Shown piece after piece: positions 1 through 11,993 of a stretch of 42,953 nucleotides of DNA; within the stretch, counting starts at the first letter, position 1, and the number at the start of each line of letters is the position of its first letter. Under the pieces are notes generated by a model that was not told the origin of the DNA, searched no databases, and saw nothing but the letters and a program-made list of their open reading frames with translations. The DNA is taken from positions 1 to 42,953 of the forward strand of contig JALDZS010000194.1 of the NCBI GenBank assembly GCA_022813965.1, in the 5' to 3' direction. Origin of the DNA: Toensbergia leucococca. Its lineage: Eukaryota. A program made the position numbers and the translations under genes.

Positions 1-42
1 ACCAACCAAAAAACAAAAAAAAAAAAAAAAAAAAACACAACC

Positions 43-444
43 TCAGTTCCCAAACTGCGGCCTCCCCCCATCCCCGGCATCAAACCACCACTCCACCCCC
101 TCCACCCTCCCATCCCCCTCCGGCGCCACCTTCTCAAAAAGGCTCGAACTGACATCCAGATCCTCGTAATCGCACCCCTCGCACGTATCCACGACCGTGG
201 CGTCAAAGTAGCGGCCGTGGTGCCCGATGGTGATGTGCATCCAGCAGACGGAGTTGGCGTTGGGGTTGGCGGCGTTTTGCATCATTCCGGTGCTGAGGGC
301 GACGATGTTGTCGGTTGGGAGGGAGGGCATGCCGCAGGAGCCGAGGCCGGGGGTGTAGTGGGTTAGGGAGCCTTTGTAGGCGGTTGTGAGGTGGGGGAGG
401 AGGAGGAGGGGGGAGAGGAGGGAGAGGAGGAGGTTGGTGTGCAT
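43..444 (-). CDS. Secreted RlpA-like double-psi beta-barrel (expansin-like / Asp f 7-like) protein
   Basis: 133-aa intronless ORF with a hydrophobic signal peptide (MHTNLLLSLLSPLLLLPHLTTA). It carries the motifs GSLTHYTPGLGSCG, IVALS, ATVVDTCEGC and DLDVSSSLF, typical of fungal DPBB/expansin-like proteins. A TATAAA lies upstream on the minus strand near 650. Confidence 0.88.
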   Translation of the reverse strand: MHTNLLLSLLSPLLLLPHLTTAYKGSLTHYTPGLGSCGMPSLPTDNIVALSTGMMQNAANPNANSVCWMHITIGHHGRYFDATVVDTCEGCDYEDLDVSSSLFEKVAPEGDGRVEGVEWWFDAGDGGRPQFGN

Positions 445-1912
445 TTTCTGTGTGTCTGTGTGTGGGGGGTGGGTTTGAGGGAGGCTCCCTTTTTGGGCGG
501 GGGTCTGGGTTGGTGGGAGTGGGGTTGTGAGTTGGTTTGTTTTGTGTGTGTGTGAGAGATGTTGGGTTGAGTGGGTGTTTTGGTTTTTAATAGAATATTT
601 GTGATTTTGAGAATTTTAATAAATTGTAGTGAAGAAATTGAGTTTGGGTCTTTATAAAGTAAAGGTACTTGCACGGGTGGCATGAGCGTGGACCTTATCT
701 TTTATATATATATGCTATTTGCACAAGTAAAATAGATTGTATAGCCCATGGAAATTGTTTCGGACTTGGCTGCAATGATTATTGGCATTTGATTTTCTCT
801 CTCTTCCTTTGTGTTCACGTGGCGCTGACTGACGGAGCCGAGATGCAATTGAGGGGTTGAAGCGTTGGGTTGTGATAAAGCAGTTGCGCGATTTTAGAAA
901 AAGGTAGCATAAAGAAAGGTTCATGAGAAGACTCCTCGTTTCTTGGCAAATGCTAGCTCTGAAAGCTGGGGTTTGTGGCCTTTGTCGTTTTGATTGGCGG
1001 TCTTTTTGCACATTTTTCTTTGTTTCCGAGGTCCTTTGTTAGGTGTTGGAACCAGAGGATGGACCATCAACAGAGTTTATCCATTTCATATGAAAGAAGT
1101 GTTTTTTGATTCGCTGAGTATTGAGCCTGGAGAGCTTGAACCATGTCTTTGTAGTTGTGATGATGAGGGGTGCCTCAATCAGGAAAAAGTTGCTGAATCA
1201 GAAGTGGAGTAGCTATTATAGCACCAGCTAGGTGTGTAATTCTATAATATGCAGACATCTGAGAATCCAAAATACGTTGTTGTGCAGTGAGAAGTACGTG
1301 ATCAGGAGCGCAAAGAGGGGAAAAACCGTATAATGCATTCAACAAGAAAGGAAAGATGGTGCGCAATAGGAATGTGGGAGAGGGAAGCACAGGCACGCGA
1401 GGTATAGGAAGCCCGAAAAGACGTAGTAGTAACGTCATCTTCATTGAGGATAGTCAAGACGAGCATTCTGTGATCAACAAGTGTCTGAGAAGCCACACAC
1501 TAGACTTACCTACGCTCAGTCTTGGCTTAATTCTTCATCTGAAGATTCATTCGGCATATACCCCACCTCAAAGAGTTGAATTGACCAGGATTAATAACGT
1601 CAAGCTTAACAGTATATATACCGCAGACCGGCATGTCAATTCCTGATATAAGATTTGACACCCGCATAGAAAGCTTGGTGTTATACAAGCCTGTGTGAAA
1701 CATATACGTGAAAGTCTGCGTTGGCAAGTAAGCTGCAATGCCAAAGGTCATTTTGACTTCTGAATATCCTCAGTCTCAATTCACTTGGCTTCTTTATCCT
1801 TGGGTCGAAGGCCATGGGACACGCGGCATCCTTTCATCTTTGCTCTGCCTGTACCGCTGCATCTCCCTGTTCGTGTAAGCCACATCTCGAAAGATGTCAG
1901 GCCTTCTTTGCC

Positions 1913-4516
1913 TTAGTATTGATAGAGATATCGTATCCTTCTGCGCGAGAATTCTTTCTCCCTGGTCACAGAACTATAGGAACAGCCATCCCCTGGCTCA
2001 ATAAGACGCTCTTTGGCATCCCAAAATACCTCTCCCTCGTCGTCCAGACTCGCGTCAGGGAAAAAGGACTGTAAAACTCTCACGTAATTTGTCAGATAAT
2101 CCATCCGCACTTCATAATCTGCGAATCCCGCCGGTGTACGTTGCATTTCAAGCCCCGCCACTTTCCCACGACCAAGCTAGCCTGATTGTCGATCCCAGGA
2201 CTTGAGAACCAGCACTAGCCTCCAAAGAAAAAGGAATCCCAGTAATCGTCCCGGTCTTGGTCTGTAGATTGCGGAATGCAGAGGCGTGCAGCCGCAGGCA
2301 ATTCTTGCGTTTACGGCGGCATCATATTCTAAGTGTAGCTTTACGATTTCTCCGTCGACATCTCTCGGTAGTGCAAAGTACAAGGGGGTGATGCCAGATT
2401 TATCCTTCACATTAATATCAGCACTATACTTCAGTAACACTGGGGCAGCGTCCCGTTGAGATTCAATAGTCATGCTAGACATAAAACTGCAAGTCACAAT
2501 TAGGTATTAGTGCATCGAGAATTTTGACACGACATGGAGAGGAATACTGCGTTTGTTGTCTCTTGAGTCTACCTCCGCTTCATTCTCAGATAGGAAATGC
2601 ATGGCAGGTGTTTGACCATACAGACCGGGTTCATGAAGAGGGGAACTTCCACAGCTATCGGCAGTCCGAGCATTGGCATTGAGGTCATGATCAAGAATAG
2701 ACTTCAAAATCTTGACATTACCCCCTGTAACAGCATGATGCACCATTTTCCAGGATTCTGCTAGAGATCGAACACATGCCCCGTAACGAATCAAAGTGGA
2801 CCAAAACGTGAATGCGCCGAGAGCTGCGACACTGACTAGAGGCGTACTCCCCATACAATCCAATGTATTGAAACCATCGAACGAATTCGACATGAGAAAG
2901 TTTGCAAATGGTAACCCTACCATACTTTCCCAAGTCTCGAGGCCTTGCTCTGGCTGAACACAGCCATGTTGAAGAAGTGCATGCAATACCGTTCGACCAA
3001 ATTGATCAATATTATTTAGTGAGGCCCCATACTTGACAAGTAGTCTACAAATATCGAGATGTTCGCAAGCGAATGCATCGTGTAATGGGTTTCTATTATA
3101 GAATTTAGCTCTGTATTACACATAGTACGGACACATCTGACTTACTGATGCTGCGAGTTTAGCGCATTGGCATTAGCTCCATTGTCCAGAAGATATCGAA
3201 CCAAGCCAAGATTACCAGACCTGACAGCAGGCTTGAATGGCGAATTAGTATTGTCAATACAAGTAGCAACAGACTCGCAAATAAAGCTGTCTCTCCCTTG
3301 AAAAAGTCCGTGAAACATGGCCTACTTGGCTGGCAATGGCACTCAGCACAGCGGTCATACGGACTAGCTTGTTTCGAGTCTATAAGGTGCCTGGCAGCCC
3401 TCTCGTTACCGTTCCGACAGGCATCCATGAGCTCTGACGTGCAGGGGACAATCATACTGAAGCCTATCGACCCGTATAAAAAGTTTATGTTCGACCAAGA
3501 TATGGCATGTTGACGAACCGCTAGCTCGAAAATGATGGTTCGCCATCCAAACACTACTGGTAACCTAGTCCTCAGTGCAAATGAGTATGTGGGCTGCCTT
3601 TGATTCCAATAGCAGATGTGCGTTGCCAATATCCCAGACTTTCGCATCCATCGATGGACTGCGCTCTCTGGAGTGATCGCTGTACCCTGAGAGGAGTTTG
3701 TATATCTTTTCGGCGGCACGTTGGGCAGAACCAAGGTCGGCGGATACAGGTTTTTGTTACTCGTGTTGTCACATCCAAGGTTTGCAGCAGTTTGTAAGCC
3801 TTCCGCCGAGTGACTGGGTATTTGAAATACATTTTCAGACCCTGTGACTCTGGCAGAGGCTATGCGAAACCCCTTGTAATGCGAGAGGTCGAGAGACGCT
3901 TTGAAAGCCCCCTCTAGAAGGAGGCTCTGAGTGGCGAGAACGCTCTCTATGGAGATTCTATTACCCAGAGAAATGCGACTATCTAAGTCAGCATGGTAAC
4001 CTCAAGTAGTATATGTTTTAGTGGTCTCGAGTCATCAATGGATAAGGTACCCATCAGCTGTAAGGCAATGGAAGAAAGTTCTCAGGTTCACAGTTGGATC
4101 ACTTGCAGAACTCTACTTAGATGGTTCTCTCCGTACTTCAGTCGGCGTAGAAACTTTTCCACGCTACTCCTCTCGAGAAATGCCCATGGCAGTTTGCCTC
4201 GGAGGTTCACCTTCCCAGAGGGACGAGTACAAGTGCTTTTGATATCTTGAATAACTTCCGAGGTTGTAATCAAGGCGGAATCTAGGTCTTGACAAAGAAA
4301 TGGTGATAGGAGTTGCTCGCCTCTAATGTTCAATTCTGGCTGCGTCCTAATAACCTCCAACAGAAGGGATGTCACGGTGTCAATTCTAGCAAAAAGGCGT
4401 TTGAGCTCTTCTGGGGCATCTTCGATGGCATCATGAAGACTCTTCGCGGCAATAAAAAGCGTACGTGCAGTGTCCAGGAGAGTAATGAGCAAAGAGACCG
4501 CTCCAACAACTTCCAT
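1913..4516 (-). pseudogene. HeLo-like (fungal STAND N-terminal) domain + ankyrin-repeat gene, disrupted in its 3' part
   Basis: Exon 1 (MEVVGAVSLLITLLD...DAPEELKRL...KLPWAFLERSSVEKFLRRLK) has the HeLo-like-N/SesA pattern. Spliced downstream exons give ankyrin repeats (ETALF|PAVRSGNLGLVRYLLDNGANANA; NPLHDAF...ICRLLVKYGA; GSTPLVSVA; GSSPLHEP; GITPLYFA; GCTPLHSA). There is an in-frame TAA at 2507-2509 between same-frame ORFs, and frame changes near 2160-2230 before the acidic tail DDEGEVFWDAKE. Confidence 0.7.
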
Positions 4517-7500
4517 AGCTTTACAATCAGGAAATTAGAAAGAAACGTCGATTTCTGATAAGAAGCGTAGAAAATAGGTCTATCTTTTGCATGAGACAAG
4601 ATTGATTCTGCGAAAGGAGCGAGCAAAGTCTGCCTTGGACTCAGGAAAGTCATGTTCGGCACGGCTACCTGCATTATGTTGCAGACGATTCAGCTCAAAG
4701 ACAGGTGTACGGAGGGTAAGATTGATAATTATAGGTTGACGTCCATCGAAGAATGTCCACATGATACACTTCAAGCGTCTCTTGTCTGCCAATTGCTTCG
4801 ACGGGTCCAGTCAAGAGAAATGGCAGCCAGTCGGCCTCGTACATCGAACTCGACGCAGTCAGCTTTTGCAAACTTTGATCGACGTTGGATGGCTTGGACC
4901 AATGATACAAGAACACTAATGCGGAGATTCTCGTCCATCGGAAAGAAGCTTGACCAAGAGTGCAGTGGGGAGCGGGAGAATTGAAAGTTGAGAGTTCAAG
5001 GTAGAGTTGAGACTGCTCCAAGTCTATAGTCTTGGCACGCTAATCACATTGGGAAGACCAACCAGATTGATCACATGCTCGCTAATGACCCTCGGACCTC
5101 CCCCAAATCAAGGGAATCTCAAATCCTTTCGAGGGTTTGATCAAGTCCTTTTCTTTCAAGTCATAGTCACTACAGCCTGATACGTTTTGTACAGCTCGAT
5201 AGACCTTGTCAGGACTCTGCTAATCGAACAGGCTGGTTGAAGGTTCTCTATCGATCATCAAGAGTTGCTAATCCACGATACAAGCTCGGAGTCACGAAGA
5301 AAACCTGGGATAGAACACACGGAATAGACAGATAACCAACTCTCATCTTTCAACGTTATTATACCAATATCTGCACAGTTTATCGGAATGTCGTTTGTAG
5401 ACCTTCAAGTCTGCTGAAATAATTTTCAATTGATTCTGGGCACGTTCACCGTTGCATTGTTTCGCTATCGGTAGCGTCGATCTTGCAAGCAATGCTGTAA
5501 TATATGGAACTCGAAAAGTTTTTAAGAAGGTGCTGCTCTCGTGGCTATCAACTGCAACCACTTGAACTCCAGAATCCAACGCTATTGGCGAAGCTTGAAT
5601 AAATGTGGTGCGTATGTCGTCGTCCCTATGGATGCAAATATCTTGGTGGAAATCATTATTTGCAGTCTTGGCAACAACATCAGTATAGCCAGCGGAACTG
5701 CTGAAGCTCAGAACCATGGATACAAGTTCGTCAAACCGGTAACGATCAGAGGGTTGTCCGCAAGGCTTCTCACCATGAGATCTTGGGGTTTCGACTCTAC
5801 CATAAACGGGGGGTCTAACGGTACCACCTCGGACTTGAAAGGAGCTTCACAAGACCCCGGTAGTGTACCAATTCCAGTGACGGCAATGATCGTGTTGATG
5901 TTTGGCGGAGAGTACGCCCCGGTAGAAATGAATTCAAATTCGTCAAACTTGAGGAGCGTATGCAAAGGAGAGAGAACATACTGGTCCTCGAACATGTAGC
6001 AATTGAGACCATGCCATTTTCCCGCTTTGAGGACATCTTTCCCTACCACGGCGATTTAAAAACTCCTTAGCAAAGCATGCTGACGTGAATTGCGCTTGGG
6101 AACTTCACTGGCCCCTAGTATAGCTGGTTAGAGAACATGAAACTAGATTTGTTGGGGGACTCATCACTCACGTTTAGTACGGCCTACTGAGCAAGTTTGC
6201 TGCATTGGAGTGCCCTGAGTGCATCTCCGAATTTCTTGGCGCTTAATATCTTGCCCTCGTTGTAGGCATTGATACGTGATACTTGAAGACGACGAATTGC
6301 TAGGAAAGAAGAAAAAAGATTTGTGCTTGATGCGATTGTTCGCTGAGAGAATGGATCAGAGACACCCACGGTGATTTTTTTGCTTGCAGTGAGGAGAGTC
6401 TGATTTTTGTGCTCAAGGTCAATACAGTGAAGAATTTTCTGTGAAAGAAGAAGGCGCCAAAGGCCCTTTTCAACATATTTCTGAAAGTGCTAAAAACAGC
6501 AACATTCTATAAGTCTACAGATGAGAGGGAACATGGTTTGCTGGACTCGGAAAGGATTCAAGGTGATCGCGGCTGCAGATAAAGTATCGTGAAAAGGAGA
6601 ACCGTCCCGATCCCGGTTCGTGGCCCAATGAGAACACTCACGATATTCTCAGCGCACACCCGCCACTCTGCACATGGTCCTCGGTCACTTGGTTATGAAA
6701 TTGAGATAGTCTTTAAGTATAGGTGACTGCAGCTGACTGATGAATAACCTATCAAAGCACTGGTGAACCTGTAACTCCGCTGCACAACGAAGGTTGGCTT
6801 GCTCAACTATAGTAGACAATATAAATAGTATATTCACCATGGATTCATCCCAGCGATGATATATCGCGGCTTGCATGGCAGCGGCAAAGTAAGCAACTTG
6901 CAAAAGAGATCTGAATACAAATACAATAAGGTGAAATGCTTATTTTGCAAGGAATTGGCGACATGATTTCCGCCCCTATCCATGAATGGGGTGATCATCG
7001 AGAGTCACATCAAAGTCTTCTCATGGAAATTATAGCTCACTAATGTGAGGGCTGATCCATGGGTGGCGACCATATTGGCAGATCTCTTGTCTTTCTGCCA
7101 GTGTTATGACTTAAAAAAAAAGACCTCATACAAGCTCAAGTGAACCTCAACTTTTTCTTCGTCTTTCATCCTAAGAATCAATCTGCTCACCTATCATATA
7201 TATATACTCCATGGCTTTTTCCCACCCCGCCGCTGAGACCACAGTCTCTCTCCCTGCTGCCAATGTCCTTGCTTTAAGGCTTCTATGCTATGGACTCTTT
7301 TACTTGTCACGAAGACAAATTTGGTAGACCTGATGATCTTAACACCTTTCACATGAGTATGTCACCGAGCTCGCGACGACTATGATGACGAAAGTAAAAG
7401 ATACAGAAGCAACATCACAGATGAGGCAGACGAAAAGTATGAGGATAGAGCAAAAGATCAGGTAACGTTAACAGTGTGGTGAACAGTGATTTCATTATTC

Positions 7501-8119
7501 TTTGCTGCAGTGAGCAATTTCAAAGTTTTGTCATCCGTAGAGGGATGAGAACCGAGAATGAAAAGTAGAATATTTTACCAATTGGAGTTTAGCCTTTAAC
7601 GAATTACCAGCTTACTCGTAGCTCACCTAGAATATGTATGGCGGCAAGACTCACCAATCGATTAGTGTGATTCAGTCCAGTTGCAATGCTTGATTGGTGG
7701 AGAAAAGTCGTTTGAGCACCGATGAAACGAGGCGAAGAGGTAACTGGAGTTCGACGGACCGATGGGCGAGAGATATTGCCGGTGTGGAGAAGAATGTCGC
7801 AATTTAGGTGGATGGTAGACTGCTCCAGGCTTTTGCGTCGTAGTCGGGTTCAAGATTAAATGTAGGTGGCGCGCGATGGAGGTGGAGGACTTGAGTGACA
7901 TCAATTTTACCGAGGTTTTAGATTACAGGTATCGAAACGAAGATATCTTACCTTTGCAAACCGGCAACGTCAGCCTCTTTACAGCCGGCCTCTTGTGCGG
8001 CTGGCGAGGCTGGAGGCAGTGGAGACAGCGAGTCGGTACTATTCTATATGAGGCATCGAATTCGTGAAGGATTATTGAGTATACTCAACTACCTCACACA
8101 CATCCACAGTCGTCGCCCA

Positions 8120-10726
8120 ATGGACCCTCTATCCATTTCTGTAGCCATTGTTGGATTGCTTGGAGCTACAACCAAGGTCTCTACACTGCTAAGCACACTG
8201 GTGAAGAGCGGGAGACAAGCCCCCAACCTAGCCGGGAATGTCCTGGCTGAGGTAGCCGACATCAGAGCCTGTCTCAGTCAGCTGCAAGAATTCGTGCTGG
8301 GAACAAGAGTCGCTTCAAGGTCTCGATTGACCCTCCTTACGATTGACCAAATCACTGCTACCCTGACTACTTGTGTTACCACCTTCTCCGAGCTTGAGAC
8401 CATTGTCGACAGACTCAATAAAGATCAGCCGACTCGAGTACCCAGCAGAATCAAGTGGGCCCTGAAGGAGCAACCTATCTCGGAGCTGCTGCCACGTCTG
8501 CAGTCATCCAAGCTATCCTTGAGCCTTATGCTAACAACCTTGACATGGTGAGCAGTCGACAGGATGCTCCGTGCTGCGAAATCTAACGAAATTTTGCCAT
8601 CAGTGCATCCGTCGAAGAGGCTCAAACCTCTGTTGTGCACTTGACCGCCCTTGTGCGAGATCTTCTTGAGCTTAACCATGACATGTCGAGCAGACTGGCA
8701 AGTCTGGAAATCTTGCCCGATACTTCTGTATCTTGTAACACAAACGAGATCAGTGAAGATGATCCCGATGCGATGCCCGAAACAAGAGTGCATAAGGACG
8801 ATAATACTGCAGTGATAATACGAACTTTTGGTTTTACCTTTGAGGAACACCTACAAGCTTCTCGCCCATATGCACGGGCAATACGAAGAAATTCAAGCTC
8901 GTCTCTTCCATCCTCCACTGGTCGCTCAATGGGTTGGTCGTACCTCTCTGGCTTAAGTCTCGCGGAAATTTCAGATATCTCAGTCATCTCTCTGCCGATA
9001 TCAGCGAGTGAATTGCAAAATCGCGAGTACTACACATCCCAAATTGGAATTGCTGTGACCTCCGGTCAATTCAGTTACGACTTTGACGTCAATTTCAGCT
9101 TCCCCACGGAAACATCTGTGTTCGATGGTGCGTCGACCATTCTGTTCCGCTCCCGAATGTCTACCTATAATTAAAATCCCTCGTTCCTGGTGCACAGAAT
9201 GAGCTTGAAATATGTTACTGATATGACAGTCCATTCTGTAGATTTACCCTCCAATGGCTCTGTTGTAGCAGTGCTGCAGGAGCCGTGGCCGGCAAATTTT
9301 GTTGGAATATCATCCTTTCCAGTATTTTACCACGAGGAACAGCTGTCCTATGACACGAATTTTGATCCTCCCAAAGTGCGTGGTGGTACGATTTTAGCCT
9401 TGGTAGAGCGACTGACGCGGCCTGACAAATTGGACGCATCTTTCAATCATTCTTTCTTACTGACTTATAGCCTTTTCAGCAATGCTTCTGAAATATTCGA
9501 GCTGTTAACTCAGCGATTCAACGTGGAAGTGCCTGCAGGACTTGTCACAGACCAGTACGATGCCTGGGCCGAGAAAAAGCAACGGCCAACTCGATTTCGG
9601 GTGGTCAACATATTGAAAAGCTGGTTAGATCATTATTGGGTGGAAGATGAAAGTCTAGCAAGCAAGGATCTTCTGCAGAGATTTCTCAAGTTTCTCAAAA
9701 ATTCAGCAATACCAACCAAGACGCCAGGGGTAGGTCAGCTGGTGCGTACCGTAGAGGAACGACTCGAAGGACGTGAGTCACGCCCAAGATTAGTACCCAC
9801 TCTCAATACGTCAATGCCACCGCCTATCATTCCTATAGAATTGAGACCCGAAAGGGTTAGATTTCTCGATATTGATGTCACTGAATTTGCTAGACAACTC
9901 ACCATCATCGAGTCCAGACTATACTGTAAGATCTCGCCAGTAGAGAGTCTGGCAAGAGCTTTACAGGTTGGAATACCAGCAGACAAATCGGAGCTGCCCT
10001 CTAATATCAAGACATTAATACTACACTCAACTCAGCTGACAAATTGGGTCGCTGAGTTCATACTCGCTCAAAACGATCCTAAAAAAAGAGTGATTTTAAT
10101 TAACCGGTTTTCGGCGATTGCTGAGGTCAGTTTATGAATATGAAACCTGCTTTTTTGAAGCTCAACTAATGGGCGAAGAAATGCCGAGTATTCAACAATT
10201 TCTCTACGGTCTTCGCTATTGTCTCGGCATTTGGCACTGCCCCAATCCACCGACTGCATCGAACGTGGGAACAGGTCCTTCCGAGAACACTTGGAATGAT
10301 AGAAAACCTTCGAAGGTTAATGGATACCACGAAGAATTTTGGTCAATACCGAGAGACATTACACTTGTCGAACCCACCATGCATTCCATTTCTTGGTATG
10401 ATCCTCCGATAATCGTCCTCGCTTTGGATGGTATTGACACCGCTTTTCAAGGCATCTATCTTGCTGACCTTAGTTCTATTGCGAACGGAAACCCCTCAGT
10501 CATCAAAGATACAGGATTCATCAACTTCACTAGATACGCTATGCTCGCGGACGTCATTTGCGATATCCAGCAATACCAAAACGTACCTTATTCCTTTCAG
10601 CCAGTGCCTCGTATACAAGATTACATATTGGCGAACATGCAAGCTGCAGGAGACGTGTACGAAATGTATGACAGGAGTCTAATGGTGGAGCCAAGGGAGA
10701 AAGAGGATGAGAAGATCTCAAGGTAA
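8120..10726 (+). CDS. Chimeric HeLo-like-N domain + REM/RasGEF (Cdc25-type) protein
   Basis: Exons 8120-8547, 8604-9127, 9230-10125, 10179-10395 and 10452-~10722 join in frame through GT..AG introns. The N-terminus is MDPLSISVAIVGLL...RIKWALKEQPISELLPRLQSSKLSLSLML. The REM domain reads VRGGTILALVERLT...FLLTY...RFRVVNILKSWL. The CDC25 domain reads EFARQLTIIE, NNFSTVFAIVSAF, PPCIPFLGIYLADL, INFTRY. The exact 3' end is uncertain: stop at 10724-10726 if unspliced, or a tiny last exon. Confidence 0.85.
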
Positions 10727-11993
10727 GTCGAGATTCTCTCCAATCGTCTTGGTACAGGTAGTGGTCTTGGTCGCTTTGTGGTGCTCCCGAAGAGCCCTGC
10801 TGCCCAAAGAGAAGCGTAAAACTTGCATTCTTGAAGACCAAATATATGACACCCCAATCTCTTGAATTGCATCATAAGAAAGACCCTGAGCTTACTTTTT
10901 GTAATGTATTAGCCTGCTTTCCGAATCTGGATTTCTTTAGAACCTGGACGTTGCAAATATGCGATGGGTAGGGGGCCGCTTGTGGTAAGATACGAGGCTG
11001 GATGACAGGTCTTGGATATTGGGTTTCACTTGCCTAAATGCGGACGAAGATATAATTTATGCTGTTTGTATTAAGTGTCTACTCGGCGTTTTGAGATATG
11101 ATGTCTACTACTTTCTGGAAAATGCTGATTCTGGGTTGTGGCGAGCGCATGACAGGAGTTGAGTAGGAGTTAGACTGATACATGAACCTTCTCATTCAGA
11201 ATCATCAATGAGAGAAACAATACCAATGGGTTACAGAAATGACTCGGTTCTCTTTGATTGAGAAGAAGGCCTTTGACAGATGGGCCTCATATAACTCTGT
11301 CAGACACATTGATTAATAGAGTCATGATAATATTCCCAACATCCCCTTTTCGCCCCACCCGCCTAGGCTGTATCAAATTCCCCCATCCCCATCAGGCACC
11401 CCCTAATCTCCAATCCCTCAAGCTCCGGAACCCTTCCCGGAGCAAACCCAAAAAAGCCATTTCCCAATTTCTTCCTCGTCATTCTTCTTCGCCCCTCTTT
11501 TTGGAAGGAAAATTCTGGATTAGATAGATAGGGGTGTTTTTTCTTGATCACTTCAAGTTAATTAATCTTTTCTGGGAATGTGAAATAGAGGGGGGGGGTG
11601 GGGGTTGAAGAGATGATTTTTTTGGGAGCTAGGCTCCGAAAAGTCTTGACTTTTGCACAAATTTTTATTGGTTGTAAGGAACATTGTTTTTATATTTTAG
11701 GGGGGGGGAAATTGCTTTTGTGGGGTGTGTGAGTGAAAGGAAGTTTAGATCAGGTTTGTTCTAAATCACCGCCGCGGGGGGCTGTGGGGGTTTTGCAACT
11801 TGATGTGACTTGCCATAAAAAGAAGTCCCTCGAATTAGCTAATCTTGCCGTGAGAAGAAGGATGGGTGTTTAGAGGAAGTATATATAAAGAATTGCTGCA
11901 TGAAAACCATCCCCCCCTGTCTGGTTGTGCACTTCTTTTTGAGGATGTTTTTCTAACCCATAGCTGAAGCCTAGCATACAAAAATCTTATCTA

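Noticed and set aside
363..683. 106-aa Pro/Thr-rich minus-strand ORF
   Set aside because: It is a translation of the low-complexity 5' UTR/promoter of the DPBB gene, overlapping it out of frame.
4585..4625. GCATGAG...GCGAAAGGA resembling parts of a fungal TPP riboswitch
   Set aside because: The core CTGAGA and CTTGAT..GGATAATACC elements are missing, and there is no thiamine-related gene nearby.
7350..7470. Acidic exon-like stretch (DDYDDESKRY...KDQ) followed by GTAAC
   Set aside because: No convincing start, partner exons or recognisable motif, so it cannot be supported as a gene.
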